Positions 1 to 13,945 are shown, counted from the whole stretch's first letter. The stretch: DNA of 61,463 nucleotides, filler included, from Dugesia japonica (GCA_001938525.1; 5 parts of 5 records of this genome joined end to end with filler, not necessarily neighbours in it), one strand, 5' to 3'. Program-made: numbers and translations. The notes: a model not told the origin generated them from the letters alone.

Positions 1-829
1 TAGTGTCTAGCTTATACCTATTTAACTTGTCACAGAAACTTACACGTTGAAGTAAAATATAAATAAGCAGTTGATTGTGTCTATTTAAATTGATGCGAGG
101 ATATAAATAATTAATACAAATTTACATTTATAACCAATCTTACGATAACTTGTTTCGTCAACTTAAATTAATTTTTTATCCTCAAATGTTGAGAAAAGTT
201 ACGCGCACGGATACAGAGAAATTGCTAAACGAGGAAAAATAGTCCTTCACTGCCAACCAATTCTGTTTGATGCGGAATCTCGAGGGTTATTTGGGGCTTG
301 AAGGGACGAATTCCAAGCATTGGTGGATCATTCAGAATCAACTGATGCAAAAGAATCAGCAAACTACCTCACTCCAGGAGTTGCTCAGTACGCAAAAGAA
401 CGCTCATGATAAAGGAGTCGCGGAAACAGAAACGAGCAAAAAGGAGTACTGGTGACTCTCGTCATTCTAAAGAAGGAGCTTCTTTAACAATAGGCTAAGA
501 TAACCGAACGCTTTAAATCCATCCAACCAGAAACCACAGAATTTCCAAAGCAGACAGGAAAATTATTAGCAAGTATTGAGACAGCCTTGCAACAGATTCT
601 CTTGTCATTGGATGTAAACTCCGTAAAACCTGTGACAAATATCTGAATTTGATGATAAAGTTTGATCGTCTAATATATATTTTGTTGACTTAAAGAAGAG
701 ATGTAAAATAAAAGTATTAATGATGATTAACATGAGGAATGATTACTAATGCAAATAAATTAGAGTTTATTTTAATATTTTATTTTTTAGTATTTAGTTT
801 AAAAGTAAACACTTCAAAGTCGCCAATGA

Positions 830-1600
830 CCTAAATAAAAGAAATGGAGTGTACAACACAAAAAGCTACAAGCTGAACTTTCAGAACCCAAGCAGAAACA
901 CATGCTGTTTCGAAAGAAGAATCCCCAACTAAAAGAAAGTGATCAGGCTTTATCATAAGCAAGCCACATGATGACAGATATAATCAAGGCTTGCCCCAGT
1001 TCTTGCTCACATAAAACCAGACCATCACAGAAGAAGGAAAAGAGATATTCAGTATAGACGATAGCTGCAAATTTTGATATAGACAGTATTTAGTGCAAAT
1101 AAATCTTAAATTATATAACTGTTTTGATAAATTGCTAAGCTTGGAGAAAATAGAAATTTAAACAACTAGTAGCAAGCAAAATTAACTGCCACCAGCGAAA
1201 TTGATTTTTAAAGATAGGATACTACATAGTCCCGTAAGGACTCAAGGTAGATGTCACAATGCACGAGGCATTGCCAAATTTCTGCCAGCTTTTGGGTATC
1301 TGCCACTAGAAGATGTTAAGATAGCGAGTGCATAAAGAGAGACAGATTAAAGTAAAGCAAAGAGAAAGTGTCCAAGAAAAATTATTAACAACAAAAACCT
1401 CGAAGCCCAACAAATACATTGAAATTGTAGATAAATTATTACAATATAATCGTATAGATCAATAATACATAGAAAAATTTTGATTGCAGGACGCCTTTTA
1501 TATTATGAACAATAAATGTTCATAAATAAACACTTCAATATTTCTTGGACAATACCAATGGAAGTGTGTAAAGTGTTTATCAAAATATTTACATTGATGG
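830..1600 (+). mobile_element. Decayed Mutator-like (MULE) transposase remnant
   Basis: Translation near 1270-1330 gives IAKFLPAFGYLPLEDVKIA, resembling the MULE 'LxALAFLPxxDV' motif. A degraded RTNN/MEG-like segment lies near 1545-1565. Many stops and frameshifts. Confidence 0.5.
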
Positions 1601-2040
1601 AAAAACTAAATGAATCATGAACCATTTTATATATTTTATTCAACTGATTCAAATTTAATAATAATTTAATTAAATCTATCTGTTAAGACTTAATATTAAA
1701 CATGAAAATATTATATAACCAGTATAATACTCCACTTTTCAAAAAAATATTATTAATACGTGTTTGTTAAATTATTTTACTAAATAATACGAAATATATC
1801 GGCTAATTTGTTTTACTACTTCATTTAAGTTAATTCTAATTTTTATTTCGATATTTAAAATTTGAATATTTTATTGAATTTAAATCTACTCATTAATATA
1901 TAAATTTCATTACAACAGTTTAAGCTTTTCATACAAAATTAAGTATTTTGAATTTTATTTTTAAAAACTATACTAAAGGTATATTTAATATTTCTATCTA
2001 ATAAATATTCTAGTAAAATTTTTCTATTACTTTCAGAAAT

Positions 2041-5000
2041 ATGTCTAAATTTTTCTCAATAACTGAAATAGAATCTGAGCATGAACTTGATTCTGATTTG
2101 GATCTAAGTTGCGATAATTTTCAATCAAACGATTCCTTAGATTTTAATGAAATATCTAAGAAAAGTTTTCAAAAATCGAAAGTAGTTAATAATTTCGATT
2201 TAGATTTTTCAACATTTAAAATTCTTGATTTTAATGATGCAATTTTAACAAGAAAAAATTCCGACGATTGTACTAACAGTGATTTAAAGTTAAGAAAAAT
2301 TATAAATACAAATTTCGTTAATTCAAAAACACCGCCACCAATGATTGAAAATGAATTGCAATTCAATTCGCCTATACGTGATGCTGATTTTTTGCGTAAA
2401 TTACATGTTGGTAGAACTCCATTTACTGAAAAGTTCCAAAATTCACCTTTATGTAAACCGACGAAAAATTTCCGAACTAGTGGTTTATTTAATACTAAAT
2501 CACTACTCGATGATATTCAAGATCAATCGGAAAATAATAGTAGAAAATCTTCCATTTTAAAAGGAAAAGACAATATATTGAAATATATCGAAGTTAATAA
2601 ACAAAAAAATCAAGAACATGAACCATTCAGTGAAATCGATATGAAATTACGGATTAAGCTGTTGTTTTCGCATTTTTTCTTTTTGAATGAACGAAGTATT
2701 ATTTTGAAAATTTTGGATAAACACGATTTTAGTAAACCAAATATTGAAGGAAATTTAAACGATCAATATATTTCAGCATATAATTGTTTTCAGTAAATAA
2801 ATGAAATTATTGATTTATTTGAAATATTACTAAATTGATATTCAGTGTTTCTCCTGCTTTCTGTGAAATGATTAAAATAGATAGTTATATGGATATCAAA
2901 TATTATCGGGCTAAACACAGATTGGATTCACAGTGGTATTGTATTAAGACTAGCACGTATAACGATGTAGATATCCGAGTGTTTAATAAGTAAATTATGT
3001 TTTCTTTTTATAAATAATCATAATTATAATAATTAATATAATTAAAAATTAAATATATAGAAAATAATAAAAATTGATAAAAACACAAATTTTCAAAAAT
3101 TTTAATAAAATTATAATAATAATTTTAAATAAATAATTTTAAAAAATAATATAACATTTAATAATAATAAAAATTGAATTGAATAAAATTAAATCATTTA
3201 TGATAGATTTCTACACTTCACAGAAAAAAANNNNNNNNNNNNNNNNATATAAAGAGGATTAACTTCAGATCAATATATAATTACAATAATGAAAAAATTT
3301 GAAGAAAAAAAGTTTATATCAATATCAATAAATAATATGTTTAAAATAAATATATATTTATATAAAAAACGAATTAATATTAATAAAAAAAAATTTTTTA
3401 ATACGAATTTGAAAGAAACTTTTAAATGTTTTTTTAAAAAAATAATTTTAATATAAAAATAATTCTATTTTAATNGATTTTAAAATTTTTGAAATATTAT
3501 TTTTTGAATATAACATATATATAGTAAATAATTAAAAAAAAATTCCAATAAAAATAACAATTTTCATTATAATATAATTAACTTGTAAAATAACTTGAAA
3601 ATTTCTAATATATAAAAATTATAATCGAATAAAAGTTTAAAATCACTAATATATATAAAAATTTATAATTGGATAAAAAACTTTAAAAAATCTCTTATGT
3701 ATGAAAATTATATCAAAACCCAACTAATAATTAAATATCTTTATTTATTAAATTAATAAATAAATAATTAAAGACTTTTTGATTTAATTACAAAATTTTG
3801 AGTAATAATTTAAAAATAAAATTCATAATTCAAATAAACCAATATAATTTCGATAAAATCTAAAGAATTGTGTATCAAATATCTATTGTGTTGAATCAAT
3901 CAAGAAGACTATTGTCAAAAATTTTAATTGCTATACAAATAAATTTTATTTTTTTTACTTGATTTTAATTTAATTTTTGATACTTATAAATTTAAAAAAA
4001 TTTATTAAAAAAAATTTTAATTTAAAAACTAATAAAATACAACTAATAATTAAACATTTAAAAATTTTCTACCGGATTTCCATGAAAATTAATTGAAAAT
4101 TATTAATTTTAGTAAATTTAAACAAAAATAATTAATTTCACATTATTTAAACAAAAAAATAAATTCCCGATCGATTACATAATACATGACGTAATTATTT
4201 TTATATGGCCCCTTATGAAAAATTCCTGATTCGTCGCTGCACGGGCCATAAAATTCATCAAATAACATAAATCTTTCTACAATACTAAACGACTTTTCTT
4301 CAAATATTACGTAACGAATCACAAGTGAAAATTGTTCATTATGAGATGAATCTGGAAAACTGTCAACAATTATTGAAAAATATTTTGAAGCAAATATTTC
4401 AGAAATTATTTTTTGTTGCACCGTATCACCACATATTGCAATAAATTCATTTTGAATATTTCTTGAAAGGTGCCGTTTATCATTCTGTTGTAATGTTCTA
4501 ATTTCGTAATTAATTTCTTCCTTGTCATCAACAACAACAGTCGGAAGAACCTCAAAATGCATAATACGCTTGGAATCCCGCCAGACAGAGTATGAATTTT
4601 ATTGGAGTCAATTGAGGCTTTGGTACTGTCGGTTGAGCGTTATCTTTTTTGACCCTATCTTTTTCTAACATTGTTGTCGTATTCGATTCACTTTTCATGA
4701 CCTGTGATTTACCCTTTCAGAAAAGACTCAATTTCATTACGTTTCATTAGATATTGGCTGATGGAAATTCGATCGAATGAATTCTTTTTCGAATTTATTT
4801 AAATTATGTGGCACACAAACATTGAGCTTCTTTTGGTAGCCATCTTTCTTCAAATGATTTACAACTGTTTGGCGATGGTCATGTAGTTCCTTGCTAATGG
4901 AATCCTATGGATTCTTGCGTACCGGTCTTGTTCAATCTTTGCCATAATTTCATTAAGTTTTTCGGTGACTAGTCGACCAGTGCGAGTTACTTCTACGATA

Positions 5001-7709
5001 TCAAAATTTCCAGAACGAAAGCGTTTGAACCATCTTTTCGCTGTTGAATTTGATAAGATATCATCATCATGAACTGCGCAAAATTTGGCGTGCCTGAGCG
5101 GCATTTTTAGCTTTGTCAAAATAAAATTGCCCAAATTTTTCTCGATATTTCACTTATAAATTAGATCTGAATAATTTTTATACGAAGACAAGGTCGAAAT
5201 ATCGAATTGTTATCAAATTTCAATAAAAAAACAAAAATTTTGATCGAAGCTTTTANNNNNNNNNNNNNNNNNNNNNNNNNNNNNNNNNNNNNNNNNNNNN
5301 NNNNNATAATTAGTTGATTTTTATTTGATGCCAAATATAACCTGATATGAATTATAATACGTGCAATAAAAGCGTTAAAAGGACTCAATACGTTTTTTGT
5401 ATTGTATATATATAATACATAAAAAAAATCTGACCACTTCCAAAATAAGACAAAAATCTTGAAACAATTTATTAAAAATAAATTTTAATGTTTGATTGGC
5501 ATTCCTCCGTCATTGTTAATAACAGCTTGGAATCTGTGTGGCATGCTCTCAACAAGATTAGTGATAAAAGTTGTTGGAAAGGTTTCCAACACAACTTCTA
5601 AAATTTTAAATAATAATTTTAATTTTGCGGATTTCTGCCTGCCATTGGTTTATCCAGAAAAATCCATACGTTTTCAATAGGATTTTAATCTGAACTTTAA
5701 ATCCAAAGTTTTATTATTTTTCCTCTCCAAATATTTTTGATTAACTTTCGCTTTGTTTTTCGGAAAATGTAATTACCATCTGGGAACAATTTTTTTGCTG
5801 AAGGTACTATGTTTCTAACTAATATTTGACGATATTGTTCTTTGTCCATTGTTCCCTTTAACCTATAAAGGCTTCCATCACCCTGTAAGGCAAAGTATCC
5901 CCTGACCAATATTCTTTTATCTTGTTTGACTTGTCCTGTGATGCATTATATGGAAAAATGCTCATTTTGAAGTCTCCAAACGCGTTTTGAATTCATCTGA
6001 CCATATTAACTTTTACCATTCTTCTATACTCCAACTTAAATGCTCTTTTGCCCATGTCAATCGTCTTTTTTGATAAATAATGAATACAAACGGTTTTTTC
6101 ACTTGAAAATGCGAATAATGTTCAGCTTCGCGTAATCTGTGGCAGATAGTTTGTAGAGAAATATTCATATTTAGATTCATTTTCATCTGTTTCGCTAAAA
6201 TGGTACAAGCATTTATTGCCGCAGACACAATATTTTGATCATCAGTATTGATTGTTTTTCTTTTTCTTCCACTACCAACCTTACGTTCATAGTTCGAAGT
6301 CGACTTGTAATCTTGAAGAAATTTAGCGACTGTCGATTGAGCTCTCCCTCAATATTCTTTGTGATTTGTCTCCCAGATAATCCGCAATCTGCATATGCTA
6401 CAATCTGCCATTTGTGAAAATTATTTAACTTTGTTATTGATATAATTTCATCTAACTGCGCCATTTACATTACAAAATTAGAAAAATGATTACTTATTTA
6501 AATTATTTCATTTACTCGATATAAGANTTGAATCAGATAAACAAACAGATAATAAATGTATGTAATTCTATATGAAATTTTCGGTGATCGGATGTTTTGC
6601 GTATTATATATAAATGATAATTGCAAGTGTTCAGCACAATAGATAAACCGCGACCTAACTAAAAAAACTTTCCATAAATAAGTAATAATATTTTAAAAAT
6701 TTGTATAAAAACGGGAAAATGCAATTTATTTGAACGAGTTGAAACTAGGCCATAGAGCTATATAGGTAACTCATAATGTCAACGTTGCAATTATCTATTT
6801 GTAAAATTCTTTTAAAACTTAAAAATCATTTTTTTCATAAAACAATTGATTATAAAGCGATAACGAAATGAAAACTGAATTTCAAGTAAAATCGATATCT
6901 CTGTTAGGTCAAGTCGATTATTACACAATGAAATTTTGATGCTATCACGCCTGAANCACGAAAATATAGTGTGTTATTATTCTTCATGGATTGAATACCA
7001 ATCACTTTATGAGCAAATTGAATATACTGAATATGGATCATTAGAACAGATTCTTTCGCATATTCTAGATGATGTAAAACAATGTTTGCATTCATTTATT
7101 AATTGAAATTCGACTTCAGACAATTAAAACACGATTTTTGACAATACGAGCTGCCAAAGAATTAGTTTTACAAATTTCTGCTGCACTAGATTACATTCAC
7201 ACCCAATGGAAATTTGTTCATAACAATGTGGCTGTTTATAATATTTTATTATTCCAGTCGCAATTTAGAACCAATAATACTAATAATAATACTAATAATA
7301 ATACCAGTAATATTTGGCTTGTTGATTCGTTGTTTGAAAAGAAATTGAAATTTGAAGTTTTGTTTAAGTTGTGTGGTTTTGAAAATTGTTGTTCACAAGA
7401 GAATGAACACGATTGTAATAAAGATGTTCAAGATTTAGCTACGCTTGCAGCAGAATCAGTAGATCAAATTTTCAAATAGTTGTTTTAAATAATTTGGTTT
7501 ACAGATTGGAGAAGACCCAATCAATTGGAAATATACGTCTCCGTCTAAGTCGATTATTATGAAGGAATACTCTGATAATACATTCGCTTTAATTTTGATG
7601 GTAGAAATTCGGTTGATAATATGCTTTATTTATTATTCGATTCTAGGATACAGTTTTAGGTCATGTTGAAACAGCCCAAGATTTGATCAAACTTGTGATT
7701 AGCTATTAA
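2041..7709 (+). CDS. Wee1-family-like protein kinase, predicted catalytically dead (pseudokinase), ~519 aa, 6 exons
   Basis: Exons 2041-2792, 2846-2989, 6908-7073, 7120-7458, 7505-7600 and 7647-7709, all with GT-AG boundaries and consistent phases. Spliced translation includes FCEMIKIDSYMDIKYYRAKHRLDSQWYCIK, EILMLSRLxHENIVCYYSSWIEYQSLYEQIEYTEYGSL, ELVLQISAALDYIHTQWKFVHNNVAVYNILL, VLFKLCGF and QENEHDCNKDVQDLA. These follow the Wee1 subdomain pattern (RLDGCIYAIK, VRYFSAWAE, LLQVGRGLRYIH, VMFKIGDLG, QENYTHLPKADIFALA). The long N-terminus has several SP/TP sites. Confidence 0.75.
4143..4855 (-). mobile_element. hAT (ZMYM1/DUF4371-type) transposase fragment in intron 2 of the kinase gene
   Basis: ORF 4143-4562 has SRNIQNEFIAICG and KYFSIIVDSFPDSSHNEQFSLVIRYV, typical hAT motifs around the first catalytic Asp. 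Confidence 0.85.
4859..5140 (-). mobile_element. mariner transposase N-terminal (HTH) fragment
   Basis: STAKRWFKRFRSGNFDIVEVTRTGR matches the mariner WFxRFxSGxFDxxDxxRSGRP motif. Confidence 0.85.
5182..5255 (+). repeat. 5'-truncated copy of the hammerhead-containing short repeat
   Basis: ACGAAGACAAGGTCGAAATATCGAATTG followed by TTTTGATCGAAGCTTTTA; matches the 51967 copy but lacks the CTG of the core. Confidence 0.8.
5413..6606 (-). mobile_element. Near full-length decayed Tc1-like transposon
   Basis: Frameshifted ORFs give HTH segments, KKPF...RRLTWAKEHLSWSIEEW and GSLYRLKGTMDKEQYRQIL. Imperfect terminal inverted repeats at ~5413-5438 and ~6583-6606 are flanked by TA. Confidence 0.85.
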
Positions 7710-7853
7710 TTTATATTGCCAAGTTTCAACAGAATTTATATTTTCATATTTTTTTATAAAATTTTGGTTATTACTTTGTTTGTCATGACTTTTTCTATTG
7801 TTAAATATTATTGATTTAAACAAATAAATTGTTGACTTTGTTATTAATATATA

Positions 7854-9100
7854 TGTTGAGATACTTTGGGGGATTAATTACCAAAGTAAATCAGCAATAC
7901 GTGAGCTTATATTTTTTAATGAAATTTGTTAAAAATAATCCCAGTATACTAAAAGATAGATTGCTTATGCACCTTAATATGATTAATATAAATGTAATGA
8001 TATTTATAAATAAACTATATAATGTTCCTTATATAGATCAAATAAAAATTAACCTTTAAATACATATTATTATGAACACGTAAACTTAAATTAACAATAA
8101 GCGTCACTGGATAAAAGTTTTGCTCAGTTGTGAATTGAAAGACAATTCAAACTGTTGAATAGTTTGCTAGATAATGGCGATTACAATGAAAATTAATCCA
8201 CTATTTATACTAGTGGCTTATGAAACCATGCATATAAAATTTTCGTAAAAATTTCCGTTATTTACATAAATTTCTCAAAATCACAATATATTTATAAAAT
8301 TTTGTATTAAATTATTTATAAAGTTACAAAATTTTCGTATAGTAAATGAAATTTCTATATTTATAAAATTACAGAGTTTATAAAATTATCGTAAATGAAT
8401 TTTCTATTTTCACATAATAATGGATTTTCTATTTTCGCTGCCTGTAAACAAACCATAATTACGAATTTTCACTGTTTATAAATAACTTTTATGATAAATC
8501 ATTAATCATAAAAATTAATAAAAATAAAAATTTACAAGACAATAAAAATTTACAATACAATTTGTTCATGCAAGAAGAGTCAATAAAGTCGAGTCAATTA
8601 AATGATAGGATCAAATAAAGTTCTGATTGATGGCTATTATTCTCGAACTGATTGTTTGGTTAATGTTGATCTTGGATTGAATTTAATGATCTTGAATTTG
8701 TTGCTATGTTTGTTATGTTTTATATGTGTGCCTGTGAGTTGTTTGTTGNNNNNNNNNNNNNNNNNNNNNNNNNNNNNNNNNNNNNNNNNNNNNNNNNNTT
8801 ATAAATAACTTTTATGATAAATCATTAATCATAAAAATTAATAAAAATAAAAATTTACAAGACAATAAAAATTTACAATACAATTTGTTCATGCAAGAAG
8901 AGTCAATAAAGTCGAGTCAATTAAATGATAGGATCAAATAAAGTTCTGATTGATGGCTATTATTCTCGAACTGATTGNTTGGTTAATGTTGATCTTGGAT
9001 TGAATTTAATGATCTTGAATTTGTTGCTATGTTTGTTATGTTTTATATGTGTGCCTGTGAGTTGTTTGTTGCGTGTGCTTGTGAATGGTTTACCCCAACA
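7854..9100 (-). mobile_element. Solo LTR (TGTTG...CAACA) with 4-bp TATA target-site duplication
   Basis: TGTTGAG starts at 7854 and CCCCAACA ends at 9100. TATA flanks both sides (7850-7853, 9101-9104). An internal ~320-bp duplication across an N gap is probably an assembly artefact. Strand is tentative. Confidence 0.6.
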
Positions 9101-9699
9101 TATAAATAATTTTTATTTCGTAATCTAAGTTACGATTTTCACAAAATTACTTCGAAAATTTATCATACCTTTTAACAACAGAATTATTGGATCAAAACTT
9201 ACCAAACGAAAAACAAATTGTAAAGAATTATAAGATTCTTGGATGATTGTGGCTGGAAAATATTTTAATTAAAAAAAATTTAAAAGTGGAAAATTTTATT
9301 CTGAAAATGATGATAATTTTTCTTTGACAGATTTATTGTCACAACGATAAAATTTTTGATATCATTATTTGACAGAATTGTCTAAACTAGTCGATCAAAA
9401 TTAACAAATGAAACTGAAAATATTCTCAATACGAACGATAGATTGGTGTAATTATAAATATAAACATACCCAAATTTATTAAATTTTAGTGATTATTACA
9501 AAATTGTATTAAAAAATAGATACATGCATTTATTGATATTCAAACATTTACATTTTTGTACTTGTTGAACGAATACGTTCAACCCAGAGTGAACCAACTG
9601 TGACTCAAGATGAATGCTCTAACTTGGTTGAGTTTAACACTGTCGAATCATCAAATCTTTTCATTAATTTTGTGTTTTAGAAAAAATAGTTTTCTATGA

Positions 9700-10100
9700 A
9701 ATAAAAATTTGATGGCTGTGAAAGACTTTAAAGTTAATCAAAGACTTAAATCGAGTGTCCGATTGATCAAATTTCTAACAAGTGTTGGTTACTTTTCGCG
9801 ATGAAGTAAATTAAATGATTGGCAGTCAATTAATTAAATGCCTATCGTAATGGCTTTATGACGGATGTTCTGAATCGATCCATATGCTTCATAGGTATTT
9901 TCAAAAGTCAAATTGCATATATATTTCTGTGGAAATTCAATTCGATCATAAAGTTTTGAACAGTCACTTTGATATGTTTCAACCAAGAAACAATCTTTCG
10001 TAATTGGGTAAACTATACCAATTTTTTTAAAAAGAATCATAGCTGTTTAGCGGTGAAATGTCGAAACTTGATTAACTGTTCTTAATCTTTGTTGTCTACG
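9700..10100 (-). mobile_element. Penelope-like element reverse transcriptase (thumb) remnant
   Basis: Translation gives NLTFENTYE...RHKAITIG and then LVRNLINRTL, resembling PLE 'FTxExE...YRKPTxTG...LIxxLxxRA'. Confidence 0.5.
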
Positions 10101-10329
10101 ACCCTAAAATAAAAAAATTCAAGACCACAAACTTTAAAAAATAGTAAATTTAAATGTATTCTTTTTTAGTTATATTTACAAATTTAAAATATATAATATA
10201 ACATAATATTATGTGTACCAATATAACCACCGATTTTTAAGATTAAAAAAATCAATGACAATAAAAAATGTCAAGAAAAGTTTTATTAAAAATAATTTCC
10301 ATCTTTAATAACAACATTTTCCAAAATTT

Positions 10330-10960
10330 TGGACAATGTACAAATTCCATTATAGAAGAATTGATCTTATTCCAATCACCTAGCCATTTTTTGACATATT
10401 CATAATTTGTGAAGATCTGCTACAACAGATCGGGTACTATCGATTGGATCAAGAGGCAATCTAATGAATCAATGTCTAGTGAGTACGGTGGGTTGGATAA
10501 GACTACATATTTTAGTTCTTTTAACTTGGCTTTGAAAGGTTTTGCAACATGAGTCTGGGCGTTGTCATTCCGTTAGATCACTTTTCTATGCCTGCATCCC
10601 GCTCTGAGCGTGTTGCTATGAGTTCATGATTTAGTTTCATTATTTGGTATTCAAAACGATTGCTAATAACTGTTTCTTCTAGTTTCAGTAGCTCATAATA
10701 CAGAATACTGTTTTGATCTCACCACACATACATAATAACACTTTTTCCATGAAAATTGCGTTTTGCGGTTGAATTTGTCAACTGGTCTGGATAAACATAC
10801 AACCTTACACGCTTAAGATTACCAAAATAAATCTACTTTTCATGTCTAGTGATTTTACAATGCAGGAAAGACTTTATTGTGTTCCTTTACATCAAAATTT
10901 TGCAAGCGAGTTTTTTCGACTGTTTGCTTTTTTCTTTTAAAGCACCCATTTCTTTTCTTT
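10330..10960 (-). mobile_element. Decayed mariner (DD34D) transposase catalytic region
   Basis: Minus-strand translation CVW*DQNSILYYELLK...NDNAQTHVAKPFKAKLKELKYVVLSNPPYSLDI matches the mariner HDNARPH and HPPYSPDL motifs. Confidence 0.85.
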
Positions 10961-11519
10961 TTAAAAAAACATTTTAAAATTGATATTTTAATTTTTTATG
11001 ATTGATTACACAAAAAAGTTTCTTGATCTAGAATTTTCCAGTAATTATAACAAGCTAATTTTGAGATTTGGTGATCGATTAAACTAAATGATTTAATGAA
11101 TTACAACACATTTCTTTTTAAATAAAATAAAATAATTTCTTCTATTATTTCGTAGTTCACTGTCTTATTAAATTTAAATCAAATTCTTTTTGAGTACTTC
11201 TGATTGCTTATTCTTTTTGTTAATTAACTTATTTCCTTAAATTTACTAATTCATTCAATTAAATAATTTAACTAGTATATATAAATTATTATCTTCAATT
11301 TTGATTTCTTCTTTTTCCAACTTTGATCGTATAATTTATTTTCACACGTCTACTTTTTACGTATTCTCAAAACTCTGCCAACTTTGTCGTTCATTTTTAA
11401 TCTTATTTCATATTACTTTACCTGTATTACCTTATTACCAATCATAGAAAAATAAAAATATTGCAAAAAAATTAATTCAGAGTCTAAACAATATGAAAGA
11501 TTGAAAACCAATTTAAATA

Positions 11520-11800
11520 GTATTCGAATAGTATTTCTGGTCATATCGAATATTCATCAGCAAATTTCTATTTGTTGGGTATTTCTACACAAAAAAGTGA
11601 TTTTATGGTTTGTTGATTTAAAATATTGAATGATACTATGTGAGTTAGTTTACGAATGTTGATTTTTTCCTTGATGTGTCGATACAATATTATATCGTAG
11701 ATATTTTAATAAAAAACGTATAAATATGGTAATATCGTGTAGTCGTTTTCCTATATAAATAAACAAATAGTAACCTTTAATATATATTTTTGGTATATGC
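11520..11800 (-). mobile_element. Possible Penelope-like GIY-YIG remnant followed by a degenerate hammerhead
   Basis: YIGK and HSIIQYFKSTNHKIT fragments, then CTGATGA...ATATGACCA-GAAA at ~11570-11534 on the minus strand. Confidence 0.3.
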
Positions 11801-12559
11801 AGATATAGTTCTTACAGGTATAATTCTTATAAGCAGTAATTTAATTTATAAGAGGACTGCAGCCGTTAGAGGTTAGAGTCTGTGTAAATAAATGACTGAA
11901 AAAGTAACAATTATAATCAGTATTTATACTGAATTGAACACAACATATTTAGTCTCAAGCACCTTTTAAAATTTCCAAAATACTTTAAAAACATATTTAG
12001 AATTTAAAAAAAAAATTATTTTTACAGAGAAATAAATTTTATTTACAAAATTAAAATGAACAATTTACAAGATAATTGATTTTTCCAATTGAGAATTTTT
12101 TATTTACGGCAATTTCAGCTGTTTATTGAAATAGAAATAATATATTTTATGAAAAAATAGAAATAATAAAAACCACCTGTTAATTAAAATCAAAATACTT
12201 AATTAAAATATTAAATAAAATAATATAATACATAAATTGAACTGTGGATCACCAAATGTAATAACAAAATGTAATGATAAAAATCATGAACTGTTTAATT
12301 AAAGATCAACAAATGTAATAACAAAATGTTTTAGATCAGATTAAAATGCCGTTGCATTGACCAAAATGTTCGTCGACCGCTCTGGATCTGTATTGCTTAT
12401 TCTGAGGCTGGATTTGATTGTTGATTATTCTGAGGTTTTGTTGATGTGATGATGCTGCGTGTTATGTTTAGAATGTTATTGTATTTATATGTGATTCTCA
12501 ACATATTCGCCGAGAATATTTTTGATGTTCGCTAGAAATGTTCTGCTCTTCATAAACTG

Positions 12560-12870
12560 CTACTCCAACGACGTTCTGTTTTCAAAAAAAAACACTTTAA
12601 TAAATACTCAGCGGAATTGATATGTTCCAAAATAGTTTATGCTCATCTAATATGTTACGAACACCAGAAACCTTGCGCCAACCAATGGTTGATTTGACCA
12701 AATGTGTTTCAATAAATGTTATAACCCATACCATTGTCATCTAGTTTAATTTGGCTCATAGTGAGCACTTGCTCTCGGTATAGAGTTACTGACGCTGCCG
12801 AGAAGACTGGTCTTTGGACGGCCAGATAAATTATGATCGGATAAAGCAATGTTCACATAGGCATCCTTAA
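12560..12870 (-). mobile_element. Possible Merlin/IS1016-type transposase remnant
   Basis: Fragments TLLYPII, LLGSV, MGYNI and LDEHKLFWN occur in the order expected for Merlin (TLLPII...LPGS...GYxH...LDEFMWR). Heavily frameshifted. Confidence 0.4.
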
Positions 12871-13679
12871 TTAAAATAAATAATATCTTTTTAAATCACC
12901 CCTTTAACTCAACCAATATATAGATTTTTTTTCATTCTCTATCAGTTGATATCAAAACAAATCGAGATATTCAAAATGTTTATAAAATTTCAATTTTTAA
13001 TAGTTCTCTGCTAAAACATCCAATTGAATTTTTGATTCAACAGATATGTTCATCATCTATTACGCGTCCAACGATACCAAATTCGTTTAGAAAAATGCAA
13101 CTAAAATTATAAATTGATCAATTTAGAGTAATTCAGTGTCCCACTATCTACTAACTAAATATTGAAAGATTTGACTTAACTGAATTACAAATTAGTAGAA
13201 AGAAATTGCTAAAATGTCTAACATAATAATCCAAATTATTTTTTCTTGATAATTGCATTTTAGAAATTGTTGTAACAGAATTATGAATTTATTTCAAGTA
13301 TGCTATATAAAACTAATTTGTATTTGTTAATGAATTGCCCAGATATTGTTATGCATGAACTCTAAAACTTATTATATAAATACTTGGCATAGATTTAGAC
13401 GAATTCCTGAGAGTGTAAATTACACTTAAAATAATTTAACAGATTTTTTTTTACTGATTTACTGAATCTTATGAGAAATTTGTTGAATTAACACAATGTT
13501 TATGAAATAATTTTATTGTAGATTTATTTGATTTATTTAATAGAATTTCAATCAGGGTTGACATCCATCTGGAAATATTTTAACCAAAGTAACTTGTTCA
13601 CAAAATTTCGTAAGAAAATTAGGATATGCGTAAAAATAAAGTTAAAATGATAAAGCAAACATTAAAACTTAACTGTGTT

Positions 13680-13703
13680 AATAATTATCATATTAATAAT
13701 AAT

Positions 13704-13762
<59 letters not shown>

Positions 13763-13945
13763 NNNNNNNNNNNNNNNNNNNNNNNNNNNNNNNNNNNNNN
13801 NNNNNNNNNNNNNNNNNNNNNNNNNNNNNNNNNNNNNNNNNNNNNNNNNNNNNNNNNNNNNNNNNNNNNNNNNNNNNNNNNNNNNNNNNNNNNNNNNNNN
13901 NNNNNNNNNNNNNNNNNNNNNNNNNNNNNNNNNNNNNNNNNNNNN
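13680..13945. repeat. (AAT)n microsatellite, partly gapped
   Basis: Direct inspection. Confidence 0.95.

Noticed and set aside
8477-9070. Direct duplication giving two identical ORFs (8602-8808, 8925-9128)
   Set aside because: Essentially identical copies either side of a 50-N gap, typical of unmerged contig overlap; the ORFs lie in LTR-like non-coding DNA.
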